The notes under the pieces are model-generated. The model made no database searches. It had not been told where the DNA came from and saw only the letters and a list, made by a program, of their open reading frames with translations. Of a stretch of DNA of 64,000 nt, positions 1-11,462 are shown piece after piece. The DNA is taken from contig NC_042998.1 in assembly GCF_006345805.1 (NCBI RefSeq), forward strand, positions 99,758,001-99,822,000. Reading direction: 5' to 3'. A program made the translations under genes and the position numbers. Source of the DNA: Octopus sinensis. Lineage: Eukaryota. How positions within the stretch are numbered: the stretch's first letter is position 1; each line of letters opens with the position of its first letter.

Positions 1-209
1 CAAAATACCTATTTCTTTACTACCTACAAGGGGCTACACACAGAAGGGACAAACAAGGACAGACAAACGGCTTAAGTCGATTATATCGACCCTGAAAGAA
101 TGAAAGGCAAAGTCGACCTCGGCGGAATTTGAACTCAGAACGTAGCGGCAGACGAAATACTGCTAAGCACTTCGCCCGGCGTGCTAACGATTCTGCCAGC
201 TCGCCGCCT
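1..209 (-). mobile_element. SINE-A, long-tail variant (tRNA-like head GGCGGCGAGCTGGCAGAA...), with ~32-bp internal deletion
   Basis: Near-identical to copies at 995-1225 and 47933-48165. Lacks the segment between two ATCGACCC direct repeats. The 3' end abuts GGTATT (aatacc at 4-9 on +). Confidence 0.9.
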
Positions 210-344
210 AGAGAGAGAATATATTGAGACTAGTTTAGAAACTAAAACGTCAGGTCCACACTCTGTTAGAAATGTGTGACGCATACATGCGTCACACATT
301 TATACAAGCATGCGTATGTCTCTCTGAATAATGTAGATATTTAT

Positions 345-720
345 ATGGCTGTGTAGTAAGAAGCTTGCTTCCCAACCACATGGTTCCGGGTTCAGTCCCA
401 CTGCGTGGCACCTTGGGCAAGTGTCTTCTACTATAGCCTCGGGCCGATACAGGCCTTGTGAGTGTATTTGGTAGACGGAAACTGAAAGAAGCCCATCGTA
501 TATATATATATAGTGTGTCTTTATTTGTCCCCGCCCCCATCAGCCATTGACAACCGATGGTGGTGTGTTTACGTCCCAGTAACTTAACGGTTCGGCTCAA
601 GATATCGATAGAATAAGTACTAGGCACAAAAAAATAAATCTGGGGGTAGATCTGTTCGACTAAAATCATTCAAAGAGGTGCTCCAGCATGACCGCAGTCG
701 AATGAAACAAATAAAAGAAT
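345..720 (+). mobile_element. SINE-B (tRNA-like head, CORE-like GGCACCTTGGGCAAG domain, internal microsatellite, GGTGCTCCAGCATG tail)
   Basis: B-box-like GGTTCAGTCCC. Colinear with copies at 23420-23800 and 32829-33281. Short (TA)n(GT)n at the internal site. Confidence 0.85.
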
Positions 721-827
721 ATATATATATATGTATGTGTGTGTGTGTGTGTGTAGCCGAACCACATATTTATCGCTTGCCAGGCGATCGTGGTGCTTAT
801 TGCACTAAACCACGATACTTTCGTTAT

Positions 828-1225
828 AATCCTTTCTGCTATAGGCACAAGGCTTGAATTCTGGGGGCGGGAGCAAGTCGATTACATCGACTCCAGTACT
901 CAGCCAGTACTTATTTTGTCGATCCCGAAAGGATGAAAGGCAAAGTCGACCTCGGCGGAATTTGAACTCAGAACGTAGCGACGGGCGAAATACCTATTTC
1001 TTTACTACCCACAAGGGGCTAAACACAGAGAGGAGAAACAAGGACAGACAAACTGATTAAGTCGATTATATCGACCCCAGTGCGTAACTGGTACTTATTT
1101 AATCGACCCCAAATGGATGAAAGGCAAAGTCGACCTCGGCGGAATTTGAACTCAGAACGCAGCGGCGGACGAAATACGGCTACGCATTTCGCCCGGCGTG
1201 CTAACGTTTCTGCCAGCTCGCCGCT
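828..1225 (-). mobile_element. SINE-A dimer: long-tail copy joined at GGTATTTCG to a head-less, more diverged short-tail copy
   Basis: Junction gaaatacc|tatttctttactacc at 987-1009. Two complete AAAGGATGAAAGGCAAAGTCGACCTCGGCGG-type cores. Confidence 0.9.
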
Positions 1226-2028
1226 TACTTTTATTATAATAAAGTAACACTCATGTCTTCCACACTCACGGTCCTCCCCCTATCTCTCTCTGCGTATGTG
1301 TGTGTGCATGAGCTTTCGTGTGTGTACGTGGAATCTAAATGAATATATCTACTAAACAGAAGAAACTTGGAAGTTATTTCATATACATATATATATAGAC
1401 GAAAATTCAAAGTTGCCTCAACTTTGATTATTGTATCTTATTTTGAGGCAAAGTGTACTTAGAAACACATTTCCATAATGTCCTGCTATTTCTAGCAGGT
1501 CGCACAACCACATAGGGCTTCACACGCTGACCTTTTTACCCGGTGGAAGCTGCTTTATGCATAACAAATTTAATATGACTGTCAGTTGTTGTCGATGGCA
1601 ATATCAATATTCTGATTAAACAGTTCAATTATCAAAATGAGTTCCAGTCGTGATCATCAATCGTATTTGATTCGGACATTGTTTCTATGCCTACATTATC
1701 CAGTGTGCCTTTCAGTTTTTTAAAAAGGAAGTTGGGTGTAGTGATTTGAGGCAGGTTTGATTGCTATTTCTAACAGCTTGCTGGGCTCTCTCTTAATAAT
1801 GGAAGATGTGCATAATGAATTTGATTTGACGGCCAGTAGTCAGATGACGGAGGGGTGAACCCAGTAAGACAACACGGCTAGTTAGTCCGAGATTAAATGG
1901 TAGAGTCTGGCTGAGAGCAACTTTGAAATGTTCTGGCAAATACGCTTAGATAAACTGGTGCGATGGAAAATGCAACGTTTCACCAGTAGCAAGTTTAAAC
2001 TTCTGATTTCCTTGAGCAGATAATTTCA

Positions 2029-2065
<37 letters not shown>

Positions 2066-2149
2066 TGTGTGTGACGTCTCTTCTGTTACTCTCATATATT
2101 GCACTCAGAGCTAACCGCTACTTCATCTTTGTCAAACGCTTTCTCTCCT

Positions 2150-2760
2150 TTTCTCTCCCAATCTAAGGGTCTATCCCGATCTTTCAAAACATGTCACAAC
2201 TCCACTCTCAAGAACAGTAATCCATTTGTCTTCCAGCTATCAATTTCACTTTTGTCATCTTCAAATTGATAAAGGCAACCGTTATCAATCGCATTCTACA
2301 ACATCTTGTGTCCTCGTCTCTCCTATGTTCGGTTTAAGTAAAACCTAATCTGCGGAACTGCTCTTCTAAATCACGTACCTTTGGTCCCCAGATCTAAGAA
2401 ATACGGTGACAATATCCTTCTTGCAATTGATATTAGCGAAGCATTCGATAGCGTCTGGTATATTTCTTATCTTAGCTCCCCGCCTATGAGCTTCATCCGG
2501 CTCTCTGACCTTAGATCGGAAGATTCTTGAGAGATCGCATCATTCGATCGTGCGGTGGTGTGGCTCTCTATAGCCTGCGCTCTATCAACTTTAAAATACT
2601 CCAAAGATTGGTTATGTCTTTCCACTCTTTCTCAGCCCACTTGTGTCTGTCTGTCTGTCTGTCCCTGTCCGTCGCTCTCTCTCTTTCTCCTCAAGTGCTA
2701 TGCTTTCAGGTGTCAGCAATCTTGGATGACCACATCGAAGTTTGATGATTCATTGATTTT
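2150..2760 (+). mobile_element. Degenerate non-LTR retrotransposon RT relic (CR1/Jockey-like)
   Basis: Translates with stops and frameshifts to LAIDISEAFDSVWY...LPAYELHPAL...FLRDRII, matching the RT motif (L)DISKAFDRVWH. Same family as 36700-37770. Confidence 0.55.
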
Positions 2761-3204
2761 TCTTGGGTAATATACAATAGTGATTTCCTGTTGCTTTCTG
2801 CCGAATTAATCATGGTTTACTCTGTTCGTCTTCTGCTTGCTCAAGTATACCCTTCAGATACATCCTGTATAACTCTTATGGAGAGGAACTGATTCATTTG
2901 ACCACAGAATATTCCCCACACAGGTGGGCCTGTGATACATATCTAGGGTCAGCCCTCCTATGTCTTCTGTATGCTTTAGCCACATAACAATCTTCTGCTA
3001 TTTGACCCATAACTTAAGAGGTTCTATCAACCCGCGTCAGAGAAAACCTGGAAATTGTAGTGATTAAGGATTAACCCAATACTCTCCAAAACATTTGAAC
3101 TCAGGAGCTGGAACCTCACCAGCTGATGCGGTTAAGTTTGGAGCTTCACCACCTGTTGCCGTTCAAGATAAAGACTACCTACTCCTATGCAAATAATGGT
3201 TTCA

Positions 3205-3375
3205 AACTTTTGTACAAGAGCAGCAGTTTCGGGGTAAATTGGTTATATCGACCCCAGTGCTCAACTGGTACTTATTTTATCGACTCCAAAAGGATGAAAG
3301 GCAAAGTAGACCTGGCGGAATTTGAACTCAGAACGTAAAGACAGACGAAATTCTGTTAAGCATTTTGCCCAATGT
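3205..3375 (-). mobile_element. SINE-A, diverged
   Basis: atcgaccccagtgctcaactggtacttattttatcgactccaaaaggatgaaaggcaaag core. Confidence 0.85.
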
Positions 3376-3811
3376 GTACCTTTCTTCAGACCTGCAACAT
3401 TCCGCTTATAGGCGTTATTATACATTCACACCTACCTGAAACCTGTTCTTTGTCCATGATTCACTTAATTAAATATATATCTTAAGGCATCCTCCAAGAT
3501 ACATAACAATTTGATCTCTAGTCCAGTGGAAGGCACAATCATGATACATATTCAGGAAATAGGATGGCACCTCAATCTCTGTATTATGATTATTCTTGAA
3601 CAACACGCAACTAAAACCATCTACGTAGCCACAAATGTTGAACTACACATTTATTGATGTTCTCTTCAGGCGATTTCAAAATGCACCCCAAAGAGCTGTC
3701 TAGACTTCCTCTTCAGAACCAGTAAATACTTTTCTTTGTATTGCTCCGCGAAGATGACGCTCTTGTTTAAGCTATTACAGCTAGCTAGCTATTTAGTTTT
3801 TATACCTGGCA

Positions 3812-3813
<2 letters not shown>

Positions 3814-3894
<81 letters not shown>
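3814..3894. repeat. (TG)n microsatellite, ~40 units
   Basis: Direct reading. Confidence 0.98.
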
Positions 3895-3896
<2 letters not shown>

Positions 3897-4469
3897 TGTA
3901 TGTGTTTGCTACATTTAAAACCCTATTTGGTATCAAGATGTGGTCTGGTGCCAATGCTGAAAATGATTATAATTTGGTATTCGATTACAACCCAGGACGT
4001 TTTGTGTTAAGACCTCGCCGGGGCCAATTTTACCTTTCTTTCATCCCCTGGAATCGATGGAATGAATACCAATCAAAATTTCGGGATCGATTAATCGAAT
4101 ATTAAATAAATATATTTAAATATTATAATATATAAGAATTAACAAAATAAAGGTTATTAAATAATATAAACAATTATTGAAATATTATTACACTCAACAA
4201 CACTATATATCGAATATATCATCCTCAAAAACATGTGCCCTTGTGCTTACGTTAGAAACCATCATTATTGTTGGATGGTAGAATTTGTAGTAGGTCAAAC
4301 AGGGGTCTTCTCCGCCTTTTATCTCTTCGAGGTCGATAAACTACCAGTCACGTACTGGGGTAGATTATTCTTTTTCTGTCTATGTGGGTCTTTCGTGTAC
4401 TTATTATCTCTCAGTATAAGCCACCCTACGCTGTGAAGGAGTCATGGAGAATCCCTCAAGAATATGTGA

Positions 4470-5640
4470 AAGGTCGGCAAAATCGTTAGTTCGCCGGGCA
4501 AAACGCTTAGCAGCATTTCGCCCGTCTTTACGCCCTGAGTTCAAATTCCACCTGGGTCGACTTTACTTTTCATCCTTTGGAGTCGATAAAATAAGTACCA
4601 GTTGAACACTGGGGTCGATGTAATCAACTTATCCCCTCCCTCGAAATTACTGGCCTTGTGCCAAAATTTCAACCCTATATTTAGTTACACCCCTTAACAA
4701 TTTGAAAGTACAACTCGAATCGAAGCTGATTTTGTTTTCCTCCTTTTGGGATCGATAAGTAACTGTGAAACATTACGATCATAAAATAGATTGTACTCTA
4801 TAAACATGTCACCTTACACCTATGTTAAAAATAATGATAATTAAAAAGGTTCAATTTTGGAACAAAGCCAGCATATTTAGGGAGATTACATCGACCCCGA
4901 TGCTAGACTGATACTTTATTTTATTGGCCCCGGAAGGATGAAAAACAAAGTTGACCTCGGCAGGATGTGAACTCAGAACCAGAAGTAATGCAGTCAAATA
5001 TTTTGTCCGACACGCTAACGATTTTGCGAGCTCACCGACTGGGAGAATCGTTAGCACTCCGGGCAAAATACCTTGCGCTATTTCGTCCGTTTTTACGTTT
5101 TCAGTTCAAATTTCGCCAAGATCAACTTTGCTTTTTCTCCTTTTGGGTCGATGAAATAAAGTACTAGTCAAGTACCGGGGTCGATGTAATCGAATAGTTC
5201 CCTCTCACCAAAATTCTGACCCTGTGCCTATAGAAGAATTAATTATTTGGAGCAAGGATTAGGCGGCGAGCTGACAAAACTGTTAGCACACCGGATAAAA
5301 AACTTAGCGGCATTTCGTCTGTCTTTGCGTTCTGGATACCAATTCTGCCGATATCGATTTTGCTTTTCATTTTTCGGGGTCGATAAAATATGTACTAGTT
5401 GAGTACTGGGGTCAATGTAATCGACTAGTTCCTTTCCTGAAATTTCAAGTCTTGTGCCTATAGTAGGGATTATTAGTGGCAAGGAAAAGGTGGCGAGCTG
5501 GCAGAATGGTTACCATGCCGGATAAAATGCTAAGCCGCATTTCTGCTGTCAGTTTACGTTCTGAGTTCAAATTCCACCGAAGTCAGCTTTTGTTCTACTG
5601 TGCAATCAATAAAATAAACTACCAATCCAGATGCGATTGC
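4470..5640. mobile_element. Cluster of about five diverged SINE-A copies (+ 4470-4670, - 4850-5038, + 5040-5240, + 5262-5475, + 5490-5640)
   Basis: Each carries the GTTAGC head remnant and the GTCGATGTAATCGAC core. The 4850 and 5040 copies are head-to-head. Confidence 0.85.
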
Positions 5641-5732
5641 CAAATCAATTTCATGAAACACAGTAGCACAAAATTTTCATAAAATAGCAGATTGTGTTAG
5701 AAAGGAACCGAAAGTTAAAATTTTTTAAATTA

Positions 5733-5795
5733 TCAATCAATCAATCAGTCAGCCTGCATGCCTGCCTGCCTGTCCGTCCGTCTATCCATCCATCC

Positions 5796-5871
<76 letters not shown>

Positions 5872-5872
5872 A
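5733..5872. repeat. Compound microsatellite (TCAA)(GCCT)(CCAT)(TA)n(TG)n
   Basis: Direct reading. Confidence 0.95.
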
Positions 5873-6699
5873 GTGAATGGGCAGAGTCAGTCCCTCTGCA
5901 CATCCCAATCTAATTAGTTGATGATTCAATACGTTTCTAACATTTGAAATTTTAGAGTAGCTTGCAGTCCTGAAAAGTAGAGTAATTCGTTGTTTGTAGC
6001 GCAATCTGATAACCATTAGTGAAGGTCGGCAGATTAGCAAAATTGTTATTACTATTGGTAAAATGCATTACAGCATTTGTTCAGGGTATTTGCGATTAGA
6101 GTTCGCCTACGAAGTCAGTGATACCAAAAAAGCATCAACCAGCCTTTGCAACACACAAAAAATTATTTGGGAGATTCGTTTGACTAACCTTCTTCAAGGC
6201 GATGCTCCAGCATGGCCTCTGTCTAATGACTGAAAACAAGTAAAAGATAAAAAGTTTAAAAACCACAGCATCAGTGAAGTGGAAAGGGAAGATTTGCTAA
6301 ATGGAAAACTATTGGTTGTCCACTGAAAATTCAACGTTGGCCAGGTCTGCTCCCTGAAGAGAGGGGAAATGACTATGTACAAAAACATTGTCAATCCGGA
6401 CAGATGTAGGTATTAGGTTTAGTTATGACCTTTTACTTTCTGAATTCATATTCTGCCAAGGTCAACATGTTAGCATTGCCTTTCATTCCTCTGGAATTAA
6501 TACGTCGACTAGAGAATAAATTCAATCGACTCTGTCACTCTCCGATAAATTATGGCGAAGTGCCAATGTGAGAAATCGTTTGCTTTTCATCCTTGTGTAA
6601 TCGATAATGCATGTACATGTAATACACTGGACGCAATTCAATCAATAGATTTACAGCCTTGTACCAATGTAAAAAAAAAAAAGCTATCATTGTTATTAT

Positions 6700-7338
6700 T
6701 ATCTTTTCGGGGTCGATAAATTAAGTAGCAGTGAAACACTGGGGTCGATGTAATCGACTTAATCCCCTCCCCCAAGCTGCCCTTGTGGCAACAATTTGAA
6801 ATCATTCTTCTTCTTCTTATTATTATTATTATTATAAGGCGATGAACTGGGCGAAATGCTTAGCGGTATTTCGTCTGCGTTACGTTGTGAGTTCAAATTC
6901 CGCCGAGGTCGACTTTGCCTTTCATCCTTTCGGGGTCGATAAATTAAGTACCAGTTACGAACTGGGGTCGATGTAATCGACTTAATATCTATGTCTGTCC
7001 TTGTTTGTTCCCTCTGTGTTTAGCCCCTTGCGGGTAATAAAGAAATAAGTATTTCGTCTGCCGTTATGTTAAGTACCAGTTACGTACTGGGGTTGATGTA
7101 ATCGACTTAATCCGTTTGTCTTTCCTTGTTTGTCCCCTCTGTGTTTAGCCCCTTGTGGGTAGTAAAGAAATAGGTATTTCGTCTGCCGTTACGTTCTGAG
7201 TTCAAATTCCGTCGAGGTCGACTTTGGCTTTCATCCTTTCGGGGTCGATTAAATAAGTACCAGTTACGCACTGGTGTCGATGTAATCGATTAGTCTCCTC
7301 CTCCAAAATTTCAGGCCTATAGTAGAAAGGATTATTAC
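6700..7338 (+). mobile_element. SINE-A 3' fragment with (TTC)(TTA)n tail, followed by a SINE-A trimer (6836-7338)
   Basis: Units joined at AAAGAAATA|(A/G)GTATTTCG at 7048 and 7173. The middle unit has an internal deletion; the last unit has the short tail. Confidence 0.9.
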
Positions 7339-7354
7339 TATTATAGTTATTCTG

Positions 7355-7585
7355 GAGGTGCTTGGCCTAGTGGTTAGGCCGTTGGTCTCATAATCGTAGG
7401 ATTGTGGTTTCGATTCATGGACCGAGTGACGCATCGTGCTCTAAAGCAAATTCACCTTACCCCAATCCCTTCAGCTGGCAACAATAAGTAATCCTGCAAC
7501 AGACTGGCGTCCCATCCAAGTGGCGAATATATACGCCTTGGAAACCGGAAAATCGGCCATATGAGTTTATATGACTCGGGAAGGA
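7355..7585 (+). mobile_element. SINE-C (tRNA-like head, middle M2-like, tail T2), diverged
   Basis: A-box TGGCCTAGTGG and B-box GGTTTCGATTC. Tail gactggcgtcccatccaag...ggaaaccgg matches the tail of 56820-57120. Confidence 0.75.
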
Positions 7586-7614
7586 TCTTTATCCTACCCT
7601 ACTATAGTTATGAA

Positions 7615-7835
7615 GGCGGCGAGCTAGTGGAATCATTTGAGCGTCGGAAAAAATTGCTCAGCGACATCTCTTCCGGCTCTTTGCGTTCTGTTACGTTTTG
7701 AGTTCAAATTCTACCGAGGCCAACTTTGCCTTTTGGTACCGATAAAATAAATAGCAGTTCATCACTGGGGTCAGTGTAATCGACTAGCATTCTCCATACA
7801 AAACTGCTGCCTCTTGTGCCTAGTTTTGGAATTAT
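7615..7835 (+). mobile_element. SINE-A, diverged
   Basis: GGCGGCGAGCTAG head and GAGTTCAAATTC...GTAATCGAC core. Confidence 0.8.
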
Positions 7836-7945
7836 AAGGTTCGACAAATATTTTGCAGTATTAGTGACACCCGTTCACGTTCTCAGTTTAAATTCCGTAC
7901 GGATCAACTTTACCCATAATCCTTCCAGTGTTGATAGAATAATTA

Positions 7946-8330
7946 CATCCATCGATACATCTTCTCCGCTCGCTATCCTGGGAGGGGGTTTGAGGTAGAG
8001 TCCTCAGGCACCTCTTCCATATGGTTCTATCAGAAGCAACTATCAATTATACTTTCCAGCTGATTCTCTAGCGCGACTAACTCAGATTATGGTTGTTATC
8101 CGATCATCTCGCTTTTGGCCTACTCCTAGATCTCCTGCCGGTTGGCTCGGTTTCAAGAATCCGTCTTGTGATTCTATCCTACGACATCTTAATCACAGGT
8201 CCGTCGTATCGGAGTTTGGAACTCTCAATGCAGAGAAACAGCGGCTCAACCGAAAGACTCCTTGATCTCCGAGCTACGCACCCTGTCGAGTAACGTAACT
8301 CCAGGGAAACTTTGGAGGAACCTCAGAATA
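7946..8330 (-). mobile_element. RTE-clade LINE 3' relic
   Basis: Minus strand, with frameshifts: GVTLLDRVRSSEI...EPLFLCIESSKLRY...DRITRRILETEPTGRRSRSRPKAR...VASDRTIWKRCLRTLP, typical of the RTE post-RT C-terminus. Confidence 0.75.
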
Positions 8331-9499
8331 AGTACGAGGTAAATATTTGCATCGCTTGTCACCTCCTTTAAACCGAGCCGTTTTCTACTTGTTAAAAAAT
8401 ATAATTCTTATCATCAGAGAAGTGGATAGTTGACTGATAGGACACTGCGATACTTAACCATTTCAACGATCTGACTTCGAATTCCCTCAAGTTCGATCAT
8501 CTCTTTCATCATTCGAATGCCGTTAAAATATATGCCATTGAATTACTTGGTCAATTTTTATAGACTCCTTTCTTTAAAAGGATAATCGCTTCAGCTTATA
8601 CCTTACCACCTTATAGGTTTAGCCGACCAACTATAAGTTTCTTGATTAGTTTTACAGTAAGGCCGTAGTTCTGTCAAATTACAGTCACATATAACTTCGG
8701 CGTTTCAAAAGAGAGACAAGAATCCAAAAAGAGACCAATACTTTATTTATCGATCATGCGAAAATAAATTATAAAGTTGACCGCTGTAAGATTTGGACTC
8801 AAAGCACAGAATCTAGTAACAAACACTGAAATTCGTTGTGAAACGTTTTAAGGAATTCGCTCATTTGCATACTTGTCTTAGGTGGGTTGCGATACAATGT
8901 AGTGAAAGTTATGAGAGAGTTGAAAATCATTACTTGAACTGTCGTGTGACCGATGGTTTGATCTTTGGATTTATTTACGCTACGTTCCTTTTGACTCTTA
9001 ATTTCCCCCAATACAATCGTTTAACTTGAATTAGAACCTCTAGAGTGAGGGAAGCATTTTACACTTTTTGTTTATATGGAACAGTTTCTGTAAAAAACAA
9101 ATAGGAAAAAGAAATATGCTAATGAAGCTATTTTCTTACCGAAACACAAACACTCGCAAACAACTATACGCACGCACATTCACACATGTGCCCACACAAA
9201 CACACACAAGCGAACGAAGAAACGACGCACGCACATTCAAGACAAGATACACACACACAGAGGAAAATGTGTCATTACGCGTGCGCAATGCTTATGTTTA
9301 TTGTGTAATGTGTATTTACTTGACTAATACGTTTATGCACGCGCACATACATTTGAGATTCCCCCATCCATTCCGTTTTATTTCCTTCCCACAGACAGTG
9401 CTGTCATAGCTTTAATTAATTTTTAATTATTTATTGATCATATTCAGTGAAAAACACTTCGTTTTTAGATGAGGTGAGATGTCTATAGTGGAGCACATG

Positions 9500-9561
9500 T
9501 GTACGCGCGCACACACACACACATACACACAAATATATATATACGTGTATGTATGCATATT

Positions 9562-9624
<63 letters not shown>

Positions 9625-9876
9625 TACATACACACAACCACGTGTGTGTGTGTATGTGTGTTTGTGTGTGTAGGAAAGAGAGAGTACACATGTTCTATAA
9701 GTGAATATATTTATATACTCCAATAAATTCAGGTCTGATAAGATATAAGATAAGAAAGCTAAGTACGGTTGGTTCTATATCTCTATCACACACAAACGCA
9801 CGCACAGGTACACACACACACACACGTGTGTGTGAATGAATATCAATAGGTGTGCGTGTATTTGTATATAAGTATG

Positions 9877-9923
<47 letters not shown>

Positions 9924-9945
9924 GTATGTGTGTAAATATGCGATT
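9500..9945. repeat. Compound (CA)n/(TA)n/(TG)n microsatellite blocks
   Basis: Direct reading. Source of several YIYI/HTHT pseudo-ORFs. Confidence 0.95.
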
Positions 9946-10398
9946 ACAAATGTTTTGTGTTTTTTGTGTGTATATTTATGTTTTATGTGGCTGTGTCTGT
10001 GTGTATATATATGTAAGGGTATGTATATATAACTTTACGCAGTGGGCTAGAGAAAAAATGCGTGTGTGTGTGCAGCGGGAAGATGTTTCTCGTATGAAAA
10101 CATGATTATGGAGAGAGGGTTGGTAAAAACATTAGCAAGACTGCCAGGTGGGTATTAGAATGTTATCACTTACCCTGTAGTTCCGGTTGAATGTTCTCTT
10201 AGTCTTTACATACACACGCGCACATACACAGATATATTCGCAATCATATGAGAATAATAACCTTAGATATATAGTCAAAACCAAGTACGTGTATACGAAT
10301 GAACAAAAGTATATTGGTGTTTTTTATGGTTGAAGACCATAATATAGTTACACAAAAACTTTAGAAGACAAACATGGGATGAAGGGACTTTGCTAGTA

Positions 10399-10600
10399 TA
10401 CCCGGGGGTGCTGAAAAGTTCCTAGCTTTGGGTAAAAGAAAATACAGGAGGAACATTCAATTATGATTTTATTCAACATATTTCCCTCTCAGATTCATAC
10501 ACCTATTGCAGCGGCTCTTCGGTTTTTCTATGCCCTGCAAAAGAACTCAGTTTGGGCTTCCTAACTTTAAAAGCCAGGAACTTTTAAGCGCCCTGTCGCA
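10399..10600. mobile_element. Tc1/mariner-type MITE, copy 1 of 3
   Basis: TIRs TA.C.GGGGGTGCTGAAAAGTTCC / GGAACTTTT.AGC.CCC. Shared interior with 34910-35129 and 38013-38200. TA-type ends follow mariner convention. Confidence 0.75.
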
Positions 10601-10670
10601 GGCAAGCTAAAGCAAAAATAACGATAAAAATACTTTTAGCGTAGGATGCGCATTCATACACTCACAGCAA

Positions 10671-10965
10671 AGCGCGTAGCTTAGTGGTTAGGGTATTCAG
10701 CTCACGATCGTAACGTCGTAAGTTCGATTCCCTGCGCCGCGTTGTTTCTTTGTGCAAGACACTTTATTTCACTTTGCTCCTGTTCATTCAACCTAAAAAA
10801 ATGAATATTACCTGTATTTTAAAGCGCCAGCCTGGTCACATTCTGTTTCACGCTGAATCTCTCTGAGAACTATATTAATGGTAACGTCTGTGGTGTGATC
10901 ACGGGTAGGTAGTTCCGTTGATCAGATCAACTGGAACGCTCGTCGTCGTAACTGACAGAGTGCCA
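10671..10965 (+). mobile_element. SINE-C (middle M2, tail T1)
   Basis: B-box AGTTCGATTCC. Tail ...gatcaactggaacgctcgtcgtcgtaactgacagagtgcca matches 58651-58973. Confidence 0.8.
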
Positions 10966-10966
10966 G

Positions 10967-11015
<49 letters not shown>

Positions 11016-11019
<4 letters not shown>

Positions 11020-11208
11020 GCCGGCCCTGGAGTTGTTGGCGCCCCCGGGCAAGCTGAACTTCGATGTGTACAAGTTGAAGGTCGTGGAAATTTCCTCGTC
11101 TTTGTCACGCTCTCCCTAGCACATGGCGCCTCCACCAGCACATGGCGCCCCCTAGAACATGGCACCCCGGGTGACTGCCCGTGTTGCCTGTGCCTTGAGC
11201 CGGCCCTG
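11016..11208. mobile_element. hAT-type MITE (193 bp) inserted in a (CA)n tract
   Basis: 10-bp perfect TIR CAGGGCCGGC. 8-bp TSD CACACACA (11008-11015 and 11209-11216, the right copy exactly 8 bp). GC-rich interior with three subterminal CATGGC repeats. Confidence 0.85.
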
Positions 11209-11251
11209 CACACACATACACAACACATACACGCACACGTGCTACCCTTTA

Positions 11252-11462
11252 ATGGTTGACCCCGAGCGAAACCTTGAAGTTCGTTGTGATAGTTACATGG
11301 AGAACGAAGGGAGAAAAGTGAGTTACACTGTGGATCATAAAACCCAGACATTTTTAAATTGCATGAATAGTTATGACATCGCTGACAGGAGCGATAACAT
11401 TAGAAGCTGCAGTAATCGTACTGATCCCCAGTCGATGACCAGTGAGGGGAATATCCCACAAT
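11252..11462 (+). CDS. Candidate coding exon (70 codons, phase-1 end), product unknown
   Basis: ATG at 11252, open frame MVDPERNLEVRCDSY...EGNIPQ, strong donor T|GTAAGT at 11463. No recognisable domain. Confidence 0.25.

Noticed and set aside
292-669. 125-aa ORF, and similar ORFs at 33010-33363, 28382-28795 and 44889-45389
   Set aside because: Translations of SINE sequence and microsatellites.
6880-7338. CRISPR-like regular repeats
   Set aside because: Units are ~190-bp SINE bodies without unique spacers; the DNA is eukaryotic and no cas genes are present.
8199-8338. Splice-bounded exon VRRIGVWNSQC...
   Set aside because: The minus strand translates as an RTE C-terminus, which explains the open frames.
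9427-10105. YIYI/CVCV/HTHT-rich ORFs here and at 3736, 5741, 19086, 31003, 37683 and others
   Set aside because: Stop-free translations of dinucleotide and tetranucleotide repeats.
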